Assembly: GCA_963843885.1 (NCBI GenBank)
Contig: CAWJMJ010000001.1
Span: forward strand, 20,222-84,221
Length of the DNA: 64,000 nucleotides
Source: an uncultured Acidobacteriota bacterium
GTDB taxonomy: Bacteria; Acidobacteriota; Vicinamibacteria; Vicinamibacterales; UBA2999
Reading direction: 5' to 3'
Position 1 is the stretch's first letter, and each line of letters starts with the position of its first letter. This document shows positions 1 through 14,250 of the stretch, in pieces. The position numbers were made by a program, and so were the translations under genes. A model generated the notes under the pieces. That model saw only the letters and a list, made by a program, of their open reading frames with translations, made no database searches and was not told where the DNA came from.

Positions 1-1
1 G

Positions 2-1090
<1,089 letters not shown>

Positions 1091-1140
1091 CCGCGCCCGG
1101 GGCGGGCGCGGCGAAGTGACGCGGCCAGTCGGCCCCACGA

Positions 1141-1467
1141 TTACGCGAGGGCGGCCGGTCGTTTCCACAACGACCACACGAGCAGGCCGAGCAACGCGAA
1201 CGGGACGAGGGGAAGGAACACGGTCAGCGCGGCGGCCACCAGCGCCACTACGACCACACCGCCGACGCCCACCACCAGCACCGGGGCGAGCGCAAGTAGG
1301 AGGACCGTGCCGACGGCCATCGCCGCCAGCCCAAGCACGAACTTGACTACGGCGAAGGCCAGCCGGATGGGCAGGACGATTAGCTTCAGCAGGAGCCAGA
1401 CGACGCCGGCCAAGCCAACGGCGACGGCACCGGCGGCAACGGCCCCGAGCGCAAGCACTGCTCCCAT
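1141..1467 (-). CDS. Small hydrophobic membrane protein
   Basis: 108-aa ORF, almost entirely hydrophobic; GGAGG upstream of the ATG. Confidence 0.7.
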   Translation of the reverse strand: MGAVLALGAVAAGAVAVGLAGVVWLLLKLIVLPIRLAFAVVKFVLGLAAMAVGTVLLLALAPVLVVGVGGVVVVALVAAALTVFLPLVPFALLGLLVWSLWKRPAALA

Positions 1468-1542
1468 GGATCCCTCCAGCGGCGGTCACGTCCGCCCACC
1501 TGAGGGGACGAGATCACGCCGCCGCGGGTTCCGCCGGAGCGG

Positions 1543-1803
1543 TCAGCGCTTTTCGAGCAGCACGGAGAACTCGGGCAGGTCCCACTCGACCAGGCCCTGA
1601 TTCACTTCTTCCATGGCCAGCCGTTCGGGCTTGACCGCGCGAGGCGTGCCGACGTCGAGCCGCACGGTCGCGCCCTTGCGCAGCTGCTTGGCGCGCGCCG
1701 CCGCGACGTCGACATAGAGGAAGCGGCTCTCGATGGGCCGGGCCTGCGGGCGGACGACCGGATCTTCGACCGGGCCGTCTGAATCGTTCTTAATATCCGA
1801 CAT
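1543..1803 (-). CDS. rpoZ: RNA polymerase omega subunit
   Basis: SRFLYVDVAAARAKQL...KPERLAMEEV matches the RpoZ pattern; GAGG SD. Confidence 0.88.
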   Translation of the reverse strand: MSDIKNDSDGPVEDPVVRPQARPIESRFLYVDVAAARAKQLRKGATVRLDVGTPRAVKPERLAMEEVNQGLVEWDLPEFSVLLEKR

Positions 1804-1837
1804 AGCCTCTCACACTAACGAATTCCCGGGGCCGGAA

Positions 1838-2197
1838 TCAATCCCGGCGTCGTGCGCCCGTGGGTTTCACGAGGGCGCCCACGATCCAGGCTGCCAGGCC
1901 CGTGACCAAAGCGCCGAGCACCGCCGAGAGGAACGAGGCCACGCCGAAGCCGGGCACGAGGGCTGCGGCCAGGCCGAAGGTCGCTCCGTTCACCACCAGG
2001 TAGAAGAGCCCCAAGGTGAGGAACGTGATGGGCAGCGTCAGCAGGGTGAGCACCGGGCGCACCACGGCGTTCACCACCCCAAGCACGGCCGCGCCCATGA
2101 GCAACGCGGCCCAGCCCGACACGGTGACGCCGGGCACGATGCGAGTCGTCACCCACAGCGCCGCGGCCACGACGATCCAATGCAGGAGGAACGACAT
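1838..2197 (-). CDS. YvlD/phage holin 4-2 family membrane protein
   Basis: From MSFLLHW; motif GVVNAVVRPVLTLLTLPITFLTLGLFYLVVN. Confidence 0.88.
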   Translation of the reverse strand: MSFLLHWIVVAAALWVTTRIVPGVTVSGWAALLMGAAVLGVVNAVVRPVLTLLTLPITFLTLGLFYLVVNGATFGLAAALVPGFGVASFLSAVLGALVTGLAAWIVGALVKPTGARRRD

Positions 2198-2198
2198 G

Positions 2199-2600
2199 TC
2201 AGGCCACCGCCACTGGCACGGTGCGAGGTCTGGCCTCGTCCCGCAGCGGCAGGCGGACGTTGAGGACGCCGTCCTTGTAGTCCGCCTCGACTTTCGAGGC
2301 GTCGACGGAAGGGGGAAGGGCGAAACGCCGGACGAACCGGCCGTACGGCCGTTCCACTCGCCGGTAGTCGCGCCGCGACACGTCGGCCGGCAGGGGCCGT
2401 TCGCCGCTGATGGTAAGCGCGCCGTGCTCCACCGTGACCTCAATGGCCTCGCGCTTCATCTCGGGCAGTTCCGCCTTGATGACGAGCGCCCGGTCGGCGG
2501 TTTCGTAGATGTCCACCGGCGGCACCCACCCGCCGTCGCCGCGCAGGCTGCCCGGCAGCGCCGTGAGGTCACGAAACGGATTGAATCGCGCAATCGCCAT
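2199..2600 (-). CDS. Hsp20/alpha-crystallin small heat-shock protein
   Basis: MAIARFNPF...PPVDIYET...ERPYGRFVRRF...AdYKDGVL; AAGGA SD. Confidence 0.93.
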   Translation of the reverse strand: MAIARFNPFRDLTALPGSLRGDGGWVPPVDIYETADRALVIKAELPEMKREAIEVTVEHGALTISGERPLPADVSRRDYRRVERPYGRFVRRFALPPSVDASKVEADYKDGVLNVRLPLRDEARPRTVPVAVA

Positions 2601-2717
2601 GAGTTGGTTCCTTTGCATGGTCGGCCCTGCGGCGCAGCGCCGTGGTGGTGGTGGTCGCTTCCGCCTGTCGTCTCTTGCGGATGGTTGTTCGGCTTGCGTG
2701 GTCGGCATTCGAACGGC

Positions 2718-2747
2718 GTGACCCGGGGCCTCAGCCCCGGGCCACGA
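2718..2747. terminator. GC-rich hairpin just downstream of dnaK
   Basis: cgtgacccgggg-cctcag-ccccgggccacg; no clear U-tract. Confidence 0.4.
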
Positions 2748-2755
2748 CGTTTGCG

Positions 2756-4766
<2,011 letters not shown>

Positions 4767-4874
4767 TTACGGCCAGTCACGTCGTCCGCCGGGCCATCTG
4801 CCGTCGGCCGCCACGGGGGCGGTACGTTGCCGCCAATGGTCGCGGTACAATGCCGGAGTTCCCGAGCCTTCCAG

Positions 4875-5345
4875 ATGCGCCCCCTGTCACGATTGCCCAT
4901 CTCTTCCGACGTCGGTGACGTCTCGGCCGAGGTTCGACGTTTGTTCGAGGACCTGGCCCGGCAGCGGCCCGAGCGGCACCCGCAGCTCACCGGCGAATGC
5001 CTGCCCCTGCTCGACGTCTTCGAGACCCACGACCATTTCGAGCTGCTGCTCGACGTCCCCGGCGTCTCGGCCGCCAACCTCCGCATCGTCGTCAAGGCCG
5101 GCGTGGTCATCATCGCCGGCGAGAAGGATCGCCCCGACCAGACGGCGCGCGGCCAGGCCAGCTTCCACCTGGTCGAGCGCGACTTCGGCCGGTTCGCCCG
5201 GGCCGTGCGGGTGCATGCCGCCATCGACGCCGCCAAGGCCACCGCCGCACTGAAGGACGGCGAGTTGCGCGTCCGCCTGCCCAAACTCGGTGAACGCCGC
5301 GGGCAAGGCATCGTGATCCCGATCACCACGGACGCCGCGCGATGA
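4875..5345 (+). CDS. Hsp20 family protein, divergent from dnaK
   Basis: PLLDVFET...DVPGV...VERDFGRFAR...LKDGEL. Confidence 0.9.
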   Translation: MRPLSRLPISSDVGDVSAEVRRLFEDLARQRPERHPQLTGECLPLLDVFETHDHFELLLDVPGVSAANLRIVVKAGVVIIAGEKDRPDQTARGQASFHLVERDFGRFARAVRVHAAIDAAKATAALKDGELRVRLPKLGERRGQGIVIPITTDAAR

Positions 5346-6170
5346 AGCTCCTGTTCATCGGCGACATCGTCGGACGCCCCGGCCGCGACCTGGTGCGGAC
5401 CGGTCTGGCGGGCATCGTCGCCCACTACGACGTGGACTTCGTCATTGCCAACGGCGAGAACGCGGCCGCCGGCTTCGGGATCACCCGCGACATCGGCGAT
5501 CAGCTGTTCTCGTACGGCGTCCAGGTCATGACCTCCGGCAACCACATCTGGGACAAGAAGGAAGTGCTCGACTACATCCCGCGCGAGCCTCGCCTGCTGC
5601 GCCCGGCCAACTTCCCGGCCGGCGCGCCGGGCAGCGGCAGCTTCCTGGCCACCGCCGCCAACGGCGTCCGGTCGGCGTGGTCAACGTCATGGGCCGGGTG
5701 TTCATGACCAGCATCGACGATCCGTTCACGACCGCCGCCCGCGAGGTCGGCGCGCCTGCGCGCCGCGGGCGCGCAGCTGGTCTTCGTCGACATGCATGCG
5801 GAAGTGACCTCCGAGAAGATCGCGATGGGCTGGTACCTCGACGGCGCCGCCACGGCGGTGGTCGGCACGCACACCCACGTGCAGACCGCCGACGAGCGCG
5901 TATTGCCGAAGGGCACCGCCTACCTCACCGATGCGGGCATGACCGGGCCCCACGACGGCGTGATCGGGGTCGAGAAGGCCGCGGTCATCGCCAAGTTCCT
6001 GAGCGCCCTGCCGGCGCGCTTCGAGACGGCGGCCGGCGATCCGCGGCTGAACGGCGTCGTCGTCACGCGCCGACCCGGCGACCGGCCTGGCCACCGGCAT
6101 CGAGCGCGTGAGCCTGTCGGCCGTCGACATCGAGCGCCTGGCGCGGCCGGGCGTGACGTCGCTACCGTGA
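5342..6170 (+). CDS. ymdB: YmdB/TIGR00282 metallophosphoesterase (frameshifted)
   Basis: [35 protein letters not shown]. Confidence 0.92.
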
Positions 6171-7586
6171 TCCGCAGCGGCCTTCCGTTCGACGAAGCCC
6201 GAGCCCACGCCGCCGCCGGCCCCGGCGCCGGTGCGGCGAGTGCTGACGGTCGGCGAGCTGACCGCCACGCTGCGCACGCTGGTCGAATCCGAGTTCCACG
6301 AAGTGTGGGTCGAGGGCGAACTCTCGGGCGCGCGAGTCTGGAACACCGGGCACCTGTATTTCACGCTCAAGGACGCCCACGCGCAGCTCAAGGGCGTGAT
6401 GTTCCGCTCGTCGCTGCGCCTGCTGAAGTTCACGCCCGAGGACGGCGCGCGGGTGATTGCCCGCGGCCGCCTGAGCGTCTACGACCCACGCGGTGAGTAT
6501 CAGCTCGTGTGCGAGCATATGGAACCGCGTGGCCTGGGCGCGCTGCAGCTGGCCTACGAGCAGCTGCGCAAGCGGCTGGCCGCCGAGGGCCTGTTCGACC
6601 AGGCGCGCAAGCGCCCGCTGCCGGCGCTGCCGCGGCGCATCGGCATCGTCACCTCGCGCGACGGCGCGGCCCTGCGCGACATCATCCGCGTGCTGCGCCG
6701 CCGCTATCCCAATGCGCACCTGGTCATCGCGCCGTGCCGCGTGCAGGGCGACGGCGCCGCTGGCGAAATCGCGCGCGCCCTGCGGCTGGTGTGCACCGTG
6801 GCCCACGTCGACGTGGTCATTGCCGGCCGCGGCGGCGGCTCGATCGAAGACCTGTGGGCGTTCAACGAAGAGGTCGTGGCCCGCGCCATCGCCGCCTGCG
6901 CCGTGCCGGTCATCTCCGCCGTCGGCCACGAGACCGACGTCACCATCGCCGACTTCGTCGCCGACCTGCGCGCGCCCACGCCCTCGGCCGCCGCCGAGAT
7001 CGTCGTCGGCCGCAAGGACGAGTTCGTGGGCGCCATCGAGGTGCTCTACCGGCGCACCCGCTCGGCCATGCGGGCCACCATGCAGGGGCTGACCACGCGG
7101 CTGCATTACTACGAGGGGCGGCCCGCCTTCGCCGGCCTGCCCGGACGGCTGGCCATTCGTCAGCGGCATGTCTCGGAGCTGGCCGGGGCCCTGCGGATGG
7201 CCGCTGGAAGCGCCGCGCACGCACGCCGGCGCCGGCTCGACACGCTGGTCCGCGCCCTCGACGCCCACCGTCCGCAGGAACGCCTGGGGCGAGTGCGCGC
7301 GTCGCTCGTGCATCTGCGCGGCCGTCTCGATACGGCCATGCGCTGGCGTCAGCACGCCGGGCAGACCCGGGCCCGCGAAGCCGCCGCCCGCCTGCACGCG
7401 CTCAGCCCGCTGGCCGTCCTGGGCCGCGGCTACGCGGTGTGTTGGAACGAGGACCGGACGGCGCTCGTGCGCCGCGCCGACCAGGTGGCGCCGGGCGACC
7501 GGGTGCTGGTGACGCTCGGCGACGGGGAAATCGGCTGCGAGGTGCGCGACATCCACAGCGACCGGCAGCCACGCGGGAGAGCATGA
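6167..7586 (+). CDS. xseA: Exodeoxyribonuclease VII large subunit (start approximate)
   Basis: [40 protein letters not shown]. Confidence 0.96.
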
Positions 7587-7835
7587 TGGACGACACAATC
7601 AAGGACTTCGAGGCGGCCATCGCGGAACTGGCTGCCATCGTCAAGAAGCTCGAGGACGGCGACCTGGCGCTCGAGGCGTCGCTGGCGCTCTACGAGCGCG
7701 GCGTGCAGTTGCAGCGCTTCTGCCACGAGCGGCTCGACGCCGCCGAACGGCGCATCGACATCCTCAACGAGCGCGGCGAACTCGTGCCGGCCGCGCCCAC
7801 CCTCACCGAGATCGGACAGGACGAGGATCGTGTAG
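7583..7835 (+). CDS. xseB: Exodeoxyribonuclease VII small subunit (runs in frame into ispA in this assembly)
   Basis: [30 protein letters not shown]; out-of-frame TAG at 7833. Confidence 0.9.
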
Positions 7836-8779
7836 TGGTCCCGTTCGAAGTCTTCGCGGCGGCCAGCCGCGACGCGGTCGAGCGCGCCCTCGACGGCTAC
7901 CTGCCGCGCCCGCCGGCCTGTCCCGCGGTCATCGCCGAGGCCATGCGCTACAGCGTGATGGCGGGTGGCAAGCGCCTGCGCCCGATCCTGGTGCTGGCTG
8001 CCGCTGATGCCGTGGCCCGGGCCCAGGGCGACGATCGCGACGAGGCGCGGCGCCTGGCCCTGCCGGCCGCCTGCGCCCTCGAGATCATCCACACCTACTC
8101 GCTCATCCACGACGACCTGCCGGCCATGGACGACGACGCGCTGCAGGCGCGGCCGCCCGACGCTTCACGTCGTGGTCGGCCAGGGGCAGGCGATTCTCGC
8201 CGGCGACGGTCTGCAGGCCGAAGCCTTTCAGCTCATCGCCCGCGAGCCGCGTGGCGGCGACCCCGTGGTGCTCGCGCGCAAACTGCAGGTGCTCGAGCTC
8301 GTGACGCGCGCCGCTGGCGCCATCGGCATGGTCGGCGGTCAGGCCATCGACCTCGAAGCGGCGGGCAAGGGGGCCGCGCCGGCGGCGATGCTCGGCGCCG
8401 AGCGACCTCGCCGACATGCACGCCCGCAAGACCGGCGCGCTGATTCGCGCCGCCGCGGCGGCCGGAGCGATCATGGCCGGCGCCGATCCGGCGCGGCTGG
8501 CCGCCCTCGACGACTCGGCCGCCAACATCGGCCTGGCCTTTCAGATCGTCGACGACATCCTGGACGTGGAGGGGGCGTCGGCCGAGCTCGGCAAGACCTC
8601 GGGCAAGGACGCCGCCGCCGGCAAGCCCACCTACCCGGCGCTGTTCGGGCTCGAGCGACTCCGAAGACGCTCGCCGAGCGAAGCGACGGCGCGCGCCGGG
8701 GCCGCGCTGGCCGCAGGGCGGCCTGCGCTGGTCCCAGCTCGACGCCATCGCGCAGTGGATCGTGGGACGGCGCTCGTGA
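7835..8779 (+). CDS. ispA: Polyprenyl (farnesyl) diphosphate synthase (frameshifted)
   Basis: [37 protein letters not shown]. Confidence 0.93.
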
Positions 8780-8798
8780 CCCGTCCGGGCCGGGCGCG

Positions 8799-9551
8799 AT
8801 GAAGCTGCGCCTCGATCAGCTGCTGGTCCGAGCGCGGGCTGGTCGAGTCGCGCGAACGCGCGCAGGCGCTGATCATGGCCGGCCAGGTCGATCTCGATGG
8901 CCGGGCCGCCAGCAAGGCCGGCACGATGGTGTCGGAACGACGCCGACGTGAGAGTGCTCGGCCCCGACCACCCGTGGGTCAGCCGCGGCGGCGTGAAGCT
9001 GGCGCACGCCCTCGAGACGTTCGGCATCGACGTGACCGGCGTGCTCGCCGTCGACATCGGCGCGTCCACCGGGGGCTTCACCGACGTGCTGCTGACCCGC
9101 GGGGCGCGCCGGGTCGTGGCCGTCGACGTCGGCCACAACCAGTTGCACTGGCGCATCCGCACCGACCCGCGCGTGGTCGTGGTCGAAGGCGTGAACGCGC
9201 GCCATCTCACCGCCGAGTCGCTGCCCGACCTGGCCGGCGGCGCCGCCGTGGCCACCGTCGACGTGTCGTTCATCTCGCTGGCGCTCATCCTGCCGGCGCT
9301 CGCCACCATCGTCACGCCCGACGCGCACGTCGTGGCGCTGGTGAAGCCGCAGTTCGAGGCCGGCCGCAAGGACGCGCCCTCCGGCGTCGTGCGCGATCCG
9401 GCGGTGCACGCCCGGGTGCAGGCCGAGGTGACGGTGAAGGCCGCTGCGATAGGATGGACGCGCGTGGCGTCCACGCCCTCGCCGACTCGTCGGCGCGAAA
9501 GGCAATCGCGAGTTCCTGATGCACTTCCGCCTCGCCCGTTCCCAGGCCTGA
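8799..9551 (+). CDS. tlyA: TlyA family rRNA methyltransferase (frameshifted)
   Basis: S4 domain start, VSRGGVKL, DIGASTGGFTD, DVSFIS, KPQFE, GNREF. Confidence 0.93.
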
Positions 9552-9555
9552 TCCC

Positions 9556-10426
9556 ATGCGCATCGGCATCGTCGCCAAACCGGATCTGATCGCCGCCCGC
9601 GACACGCTGGCGCAACTGCGGGCGTGGCTCGACGCGCGCGGCCTCGCGGCGTGCTGGGCGCCGGACGCGGCGGCCCTGCTCGCCGACCCGGCCGAGACGG
9701 TGGTCGAGCGCGACGAGCTGCCCAACCGCGTCGACCTGATCGTGGTGCTGGGCGGCGACGGCACGCTGCTGGCCATGGCCGATCGCATTGCCAAGGGCGA
9801 CCGGGACGTCCCCATCCTGGGGGTCAACTTCGGCAGCCTCGGCTTCCTCACCGAAATCACCCGGCCGGAGCTGCTCGACGCGCTGGCCGACGTGGTCGAA
9901 GGCCGCGCCCAGCTCGACGAACGCATGATGCTGCAGGCCACGACCTCGCGTGATCGGTCGGACCGTGGACTCCACGGCGGTGTTGAACGACGTGGTCTTC
10001 ACGCGCACGGCCATTTCGCGCATCATCGACCTCTCGGTGTGGGTGGGCGACCAGTTCGTCACCCACGTCAAGGCCGACGGCCTGATCGTGGCCAGCCCCA
10101 CCGGCTCGACGGCCTACAACCTGGCGGCCGGCGGGCCGATCGTGCACCCGGCAATGGACGCGTTCATCATCACGCCGATTGCGCCGCACACCCTCAGCAA
10201 CCGGCCCATCGTCGTGCCCGCCACCCGTGACGTGCGCGTGGTGGTGAGCCTGGACGAATCGGGCGCCGAGGTCTACGTGACCTTCGATGGCCAGACCGGG
10301 GCGCCGCTGGCGGCCGGCGACGAAGTGACGGTGCGGCGCGCGCCGCGCACGGTGAAACTGGTGCGGGCCACGGCGCGCACCTACTTCGAGGTGCTGCGCC
10401 AGAAACTCAAGTGGGGCGAACGCTAA
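9556..10426 (+). CDS. nadK: NAD kinase (frameshifted)
   Basis: GGDGT, GVNFGSLGFL, LND, ADGLIVASPTGSTAY. Confidence 0.95.
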
Positions 10427-10464
10427 CCGGACGGCTGCGGCCGCGCGACGAAAGCGAGAGGACG

Positions 10465-11016
10465 ATGGGAACGCGGGACGAGCTACTCGAACTGGCGGCA
10501 CACATGGAGTGGGCCGACGCGCTCGTGTGGAGCACGACGCTGCAATCGGGGCCGGCGCGCGCCGACGAGCGCATCCGCACCTGGCTGCATCACATCCACA
10601 CCGTGCAACGGGCGTTCACGGCCATCTGGCAGGGCGGCACGCCGGAGCTGGTCAAGGCGGCGGCGTTTGCCGACGCGCCGGCGCTGGCCGCGTGGGGCCG
10701 GGGCGCGCACGCCGGCGTGCAGGCCTATCTCAGCACCACCACACCGGACGACCTGGGGCGCCAGGTCGTGCTGCCGTGGGCCGGCCGCGCCATCGAGCGT
10801 CACGCCGCCGTGAGCCATCCGACGCTGGCCGAAACCGCCCGTCAGGTCGCCATGCACAGCATGCACCACCGCGGGCAGGTCAACGCGCGGCTGCGCGAAC
10901 TGGAGGCCGAACCGCCGCTCGTGGACTACATCGCGTGGATCTGGCGGGGACGGCCGGAGGCGCTGTGGCCGCGCAACGTCGCGGCACCCGTCGCGGCGCC
11001 GCCCGTCGCCCCGTGA
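10465..11016 (+). CDS. DinB family protein
   Basis: HIH and HSMHHRGQ metal motif; four-helix DinB size. Confidence 0.85.
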   Translation: MGTRDELLELAAHMEWADALVWSTTLQSGPARADERIRTWLHHIHTVQRAFTAIWQGGTPELVKAAAFADAPALAAWGRGAHAGVQAYLSTTTPDDLGRQVVLPWAGRAIERHAAVSHPTLAETARQVAMHSMHHRGQVNARLRELEAEPPLVDYIAWIWRGRPEALWPRNVAAPVAAPPVAP

Positions 11017-11067
11017 GACTGGCCTCGTCCTCGGCGCGCCGTGCGCGCGCGCCTGAGGCGTGTGTGG

Positions 11068-12132
11068 CTACGGGCCGCCGCGGCCTTCCGCGCGTTCGCG
11101 TGCCCGGCGCTCGCGGAAGTACTTGATCTGCCACTCGAACACGTTGCGGTTGTGCTCGGCCAGCGTCGTCGAAAACACGTGGGTGCCGTCGTTGCGGCTC
11201 ACGAAGTAGAGATAATCGACGGCCGCCGGCGCGACCACCGCCTCGAGAGCGCGCTGGCCCGGCGCGGCAATCGGCCCGGGCGGCAGACCGCCGTAGCGGT
11301 AGGTGTTGTAGGGCGAATCGAATGCCAGGTCGGCGCGTGACAGGTTGCCATCCCACTGGCCGGCGCGCTGCAGCGCGTAGATGACCGTCGGGTCGGCCTG
11401 CATCGGCATGCCCAGGCGGTGGCGGTTGCGATAGACCGCGGCCACCATGGGGCGTTCCGCGTCCTGCGCCGTCTCCTTCTCGACGAGCGCGGCCAGCGTG
11501 ACCACCTGCCGCACCGACAGGCCGTCGGCGGCCGCGCGGGCGATGAGGGCGCCGGGAAATGCCGCGCGAAAGCCGCGCACCATCTGCGCTACCAGGACCG
11601 GGGCGGGCGTGCGGCGCGGCACCGGATAGGTATCTGGGAAGAGATAGCCCTCGAGATCGGTGGCCTCGGCGTCGAGGTCGCGAATCAACGACACGTCCGT
11701 GGCGGCTTCCATGAACGCCGCGCGCGAACCCAAGCCGCTCGACGCGTAGATGTCAGCCATCTCGGCGATGTTCAGCCCTTCCCGGATGGTCAGTGGGCGG
11801 GTGTAGATGGCGCCGCGGGCGATGAGCTCGACGACGTCCACGGCGCTGGCCGCACCGGTGAAGCGGTATTCACCCGCTTTGAGATCGCGCGCGCGGCCGG
11901 TCAGCCACAAGGCCACGCGGAACGTGCGGGTGTCGCGCACGACGCCGGCGGCGACGAGCCGGGCGCCAATGGTTCGCGGTCCGGCGCCGGCCGGCACCTC
12001 GACGAACTGCTCCTCGCCCGGGTAAGCGCGAAAGGGCCTCAGCGCGCCGGCCCGTAGGGCGTAGGCGGCCGTGCCGGCAGCAATGGCCAGCACCACCACC
12101 AGCACCGCCGCGCGCACGCCCCACTTACGCAC
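11068..12132 (-). CDS. mltG: Endolytic murein transglycosylase
   Basis: LEGYLFPDTY, ALVEKET, MQADPT, SPYNTY..GLPPGPI. Confidence 0.96.
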   Translation of the reverse strand: MRKWGVRAAVLVVVLAIAAGTAAYALRAGALRPFRAYPGEEQFVEVPAGAGPRTIGARLVAAGVVRDTRTFRVALWLTGRARDLKAGEYRFTGAASAVDVVELIARGAIYTRPLTIREGLNIAEMADIYASSGLGSRAAFMEAATDVSLIRDLDAEATDLEGYLFPDTYPVPRRTPAPVLVAQMVRGFRAAFPGALIARAAADGLSVRQVVTLAALVEKETAQDAERPMVAAVYRNRHRLGMPMQADPTVIYALQRAGQWDGNLSRADLAFDSPYNTYRYGGLPPGPIAAPGQRALEAVVAPAAVDYLYFVSRNDGTHVFSTTLAEHNRNVFEWQIKYFRERRARERAEGRGGP

Positions 12133-12559
12133 GGGGACGCTCGTCGAGGTAATCCTGCAGCACGACCGCCGCCGCGGCGGCGTCGAGCTTGCTCTTGCGC
12201 TTACGCCAGTCGCGTTCCTTCAGTGCGAGCCGCGACTCGGCTTCGACTGAACTGAGCCGTTCGTCCTGCAGCACCACGGGAATGGCGGTCGCCTGGCCGA
12301 TGGCCCGGGCGAAGGCCTCGACAATCGGGGTCTGGGCCGTGGGCGTCCCGTCGAGTCGGCGCGGCCAGCCCACCACAATCGTGGCCAGGCCGTCGTCGTC
12401 GGCGGCCAGTCGTGCGATCTCCTCGCACAGCAGGCGCACCGTCTCGGGCTCGGAGCGAGGCCGTTCGAAGGTGCGGAAGGGCGAGGCCAGCGTGCCACTC
12501 GCGTCGCTGAGCGCCATGCCGATCCGTCGTCCGCCGTAGTCGATACCGAGCGCGCGCAC
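12125..12559 (-). CDS. ruvX: Holliday junction resolvase-like RuvX/YqgF
   Basis: LGIDYG..RIGMA, DERLSS, DAAAAAVVLQDYL. Confidence 0.95.
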   Translation of the reverse strand: MRALGIDYGGRRIGMALSDASGTLASPFRTFERPRSEPETVRLLCEEIARLAADDDGLATIVVGWPRRLDGTPTAQTPIVEAFARAIGQATAIPVVLQDERLSSVEAESRLALKERDWRKRKSKLDAAAAAVVLQDYLDERPRA

Positions 12560-12586
12560 GGAAGAATTATAGTGTGCGGTCGGAGC

Positions 12587-12916
12587 TCAGCCGGACCGGC
12601 TGATGAGCGCGCCCAGCGCCTCGCGCAGGAAATAGGCCACCGTGGCTGCCGTGGCCACGAGCGCGAGCATGCGGATGAAGGCCGCCCCCGGCGCCAGGGC
12701 GCGTTGCGTGAGGCGCTGCACCGGCTGCCACGACACGAAGAACAGCAGGTAGGACAGGGCCAGACCCATGGCCGGCCCCAGCCGCGGCGCCAGAATGACC
12801 GGCATCAGCGCCAGCAGGCACACGCCACCCATCCACAGACCCGCGGTCAGCCAGAAAAGCTCGGCGGGCGTGACGACGAGCAACTCTTTGGCGGGCGTGG
12901 AGGCGGACGCAGACAT
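12587..12916 (-). CDS. Small membrane protein of unknown function
   Basis: From MSASAST; three hydrophobic segments; TACAAT 6 nt upstream. Confidence 0.7.
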   Translation of the reverse strand: MSASASTPAKELLVVTPAELFWLTAGLWMGGVCLLALMPVILAPRLGPAMGLALSYLLFFVSWQPVQRLTQRALAPGAAFIRMLALVATAATVAYFLREALGALISRSG

Positions 12917-12947
12917 CGTCGAATTGTAGCGCTCCCGCGTTACTCTA

Positions 12948-14250
12948 GTGGCGATGTCCTTTCGCGACGGCTCGCCACGCGCCGCTGGCTTGTGTCTCGC
13001 TGGCTTGATGGCGCTCCCCGCCGGGCCGTGGGCCGCAACGCAGATGGCCGGGCCGACATCCCACCCGGCACCACGACTGCCGGCGCAGGCGCCAGTGCAG
13101 ACGCCGCCGGCCACGCCACCGGAGCAACGCCTGCCGATGCCCGACGCGGGTCACGCACCCGGGCCGGACGCGCCGCTGACAGCCGCCGATGCCGCCGCTC
13201 TGGCCGACCGGGCCGCCGACCGGATCGGGGCCTTGCAGCGCGAGTCGGACCAACTGGCGGCCCAGTCGCGGTCGCTGCTCTCGTCGCTGCGCCAGCTCGA
13301 ACTCACGCGCGCCCTGCGGGCCGAGGAACTGGCGGCCGTCACCGCCAGGCTCGCCGCCATCGACGCCAAGGTCGCCAGTTCGGAACGTCGCCTGGCCGAG
13401 ATTCGAAAACAACGCGTCGAACGCACCCCGGCGCTCGAGAGCCGGCTCGAAGCGCTCTACAAACGCGGCGGCGGCAAGTCGGGCTACGCCCGGCTGCTGC
13501 TGGCCAACGCCGACGGCCGCGATCTGGCCCGGGCCAGCCGCGGGGTCGTGGCGCTGGCGCGCATCGAGGAACTGCGCATCGCCGCACACCGGAAGCTGCT
13601 CGTCGACGAGCAGGCGGCGCGTGAACAACTTGCCTCCGAGCAGCGCCAGGTGACGCGGCTGCGGGCCGAAGCCGCGACGCTCGACGCCGCCGCCAGGAAT
13701 GCCGTGGCCGAACGCAGCCGGCTGCTCGACGACCTCGACCGGCGGCGCGAGCTGGCCGCGCAGTATGTCGGCGAACTCGAACAAGCGCGGACGCGCCTGC
13801 AAGCCACCGTTGCCGGTCTGGCCAGTTCGGGCCCCGCCGACCTGCCCCTGCGGCCGTTCCGCGGCGATCTGCCGTGGCCGGTCAGCGGCCCGATCCTGTC
13901 ACGCTTCGGCCGCGCGGCGACTGCCGTCGGCACCGCCACCCAGCACAACGGCATCGAGATCGGCGCCGCGCCGGGCGCGCCGGTACGCGCCGTTCACGGC
14001 GGCACGGTGGCCTATGCCGCGCCGTTCACCGGCTTCGGCGTGCTCGCCGTTCTAGACCACGGCGACGACACCGTCACCGTCTACGGGCATCTGGCCGGCA
14101 CGGCCCTGCGTCCGGGGGCCACGGTCACCCGCGGCCAGGTGGTCGGCGCCGCCGGCGCCAACCCGACCGGACAGGGCGCCACCTACTTCGAAGTCCGCAT
14201 CGACGGTCTTCCGGTGAATCCCCTACAATGGCTAGAGAGCGAAACCATGA
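12948..14250 (+). CDS. envC: EnvC-like murein hydrolase activator (coiled coil plus degenerate M23)
   Basis: Long coiled coil, LPWPVSG, HNGIEI, YGHL, TYFEVR lacking the HxH motif; stop obscured by an indel. Confidence 0.82.

Noticed and set aside
1838-2197. Holin-family gene as a sign of a prophage
   Set aside because: YvlD-like proteins are common chromosomal genes, and there are no phage genes nearby.
7583-8779. Apparent XseB-IspA fusion
   Set aside because: A TAG overlapping the ispA GTG (7833-7837) is one base out of frame; a single indel explains the fusion. Needs a read check.
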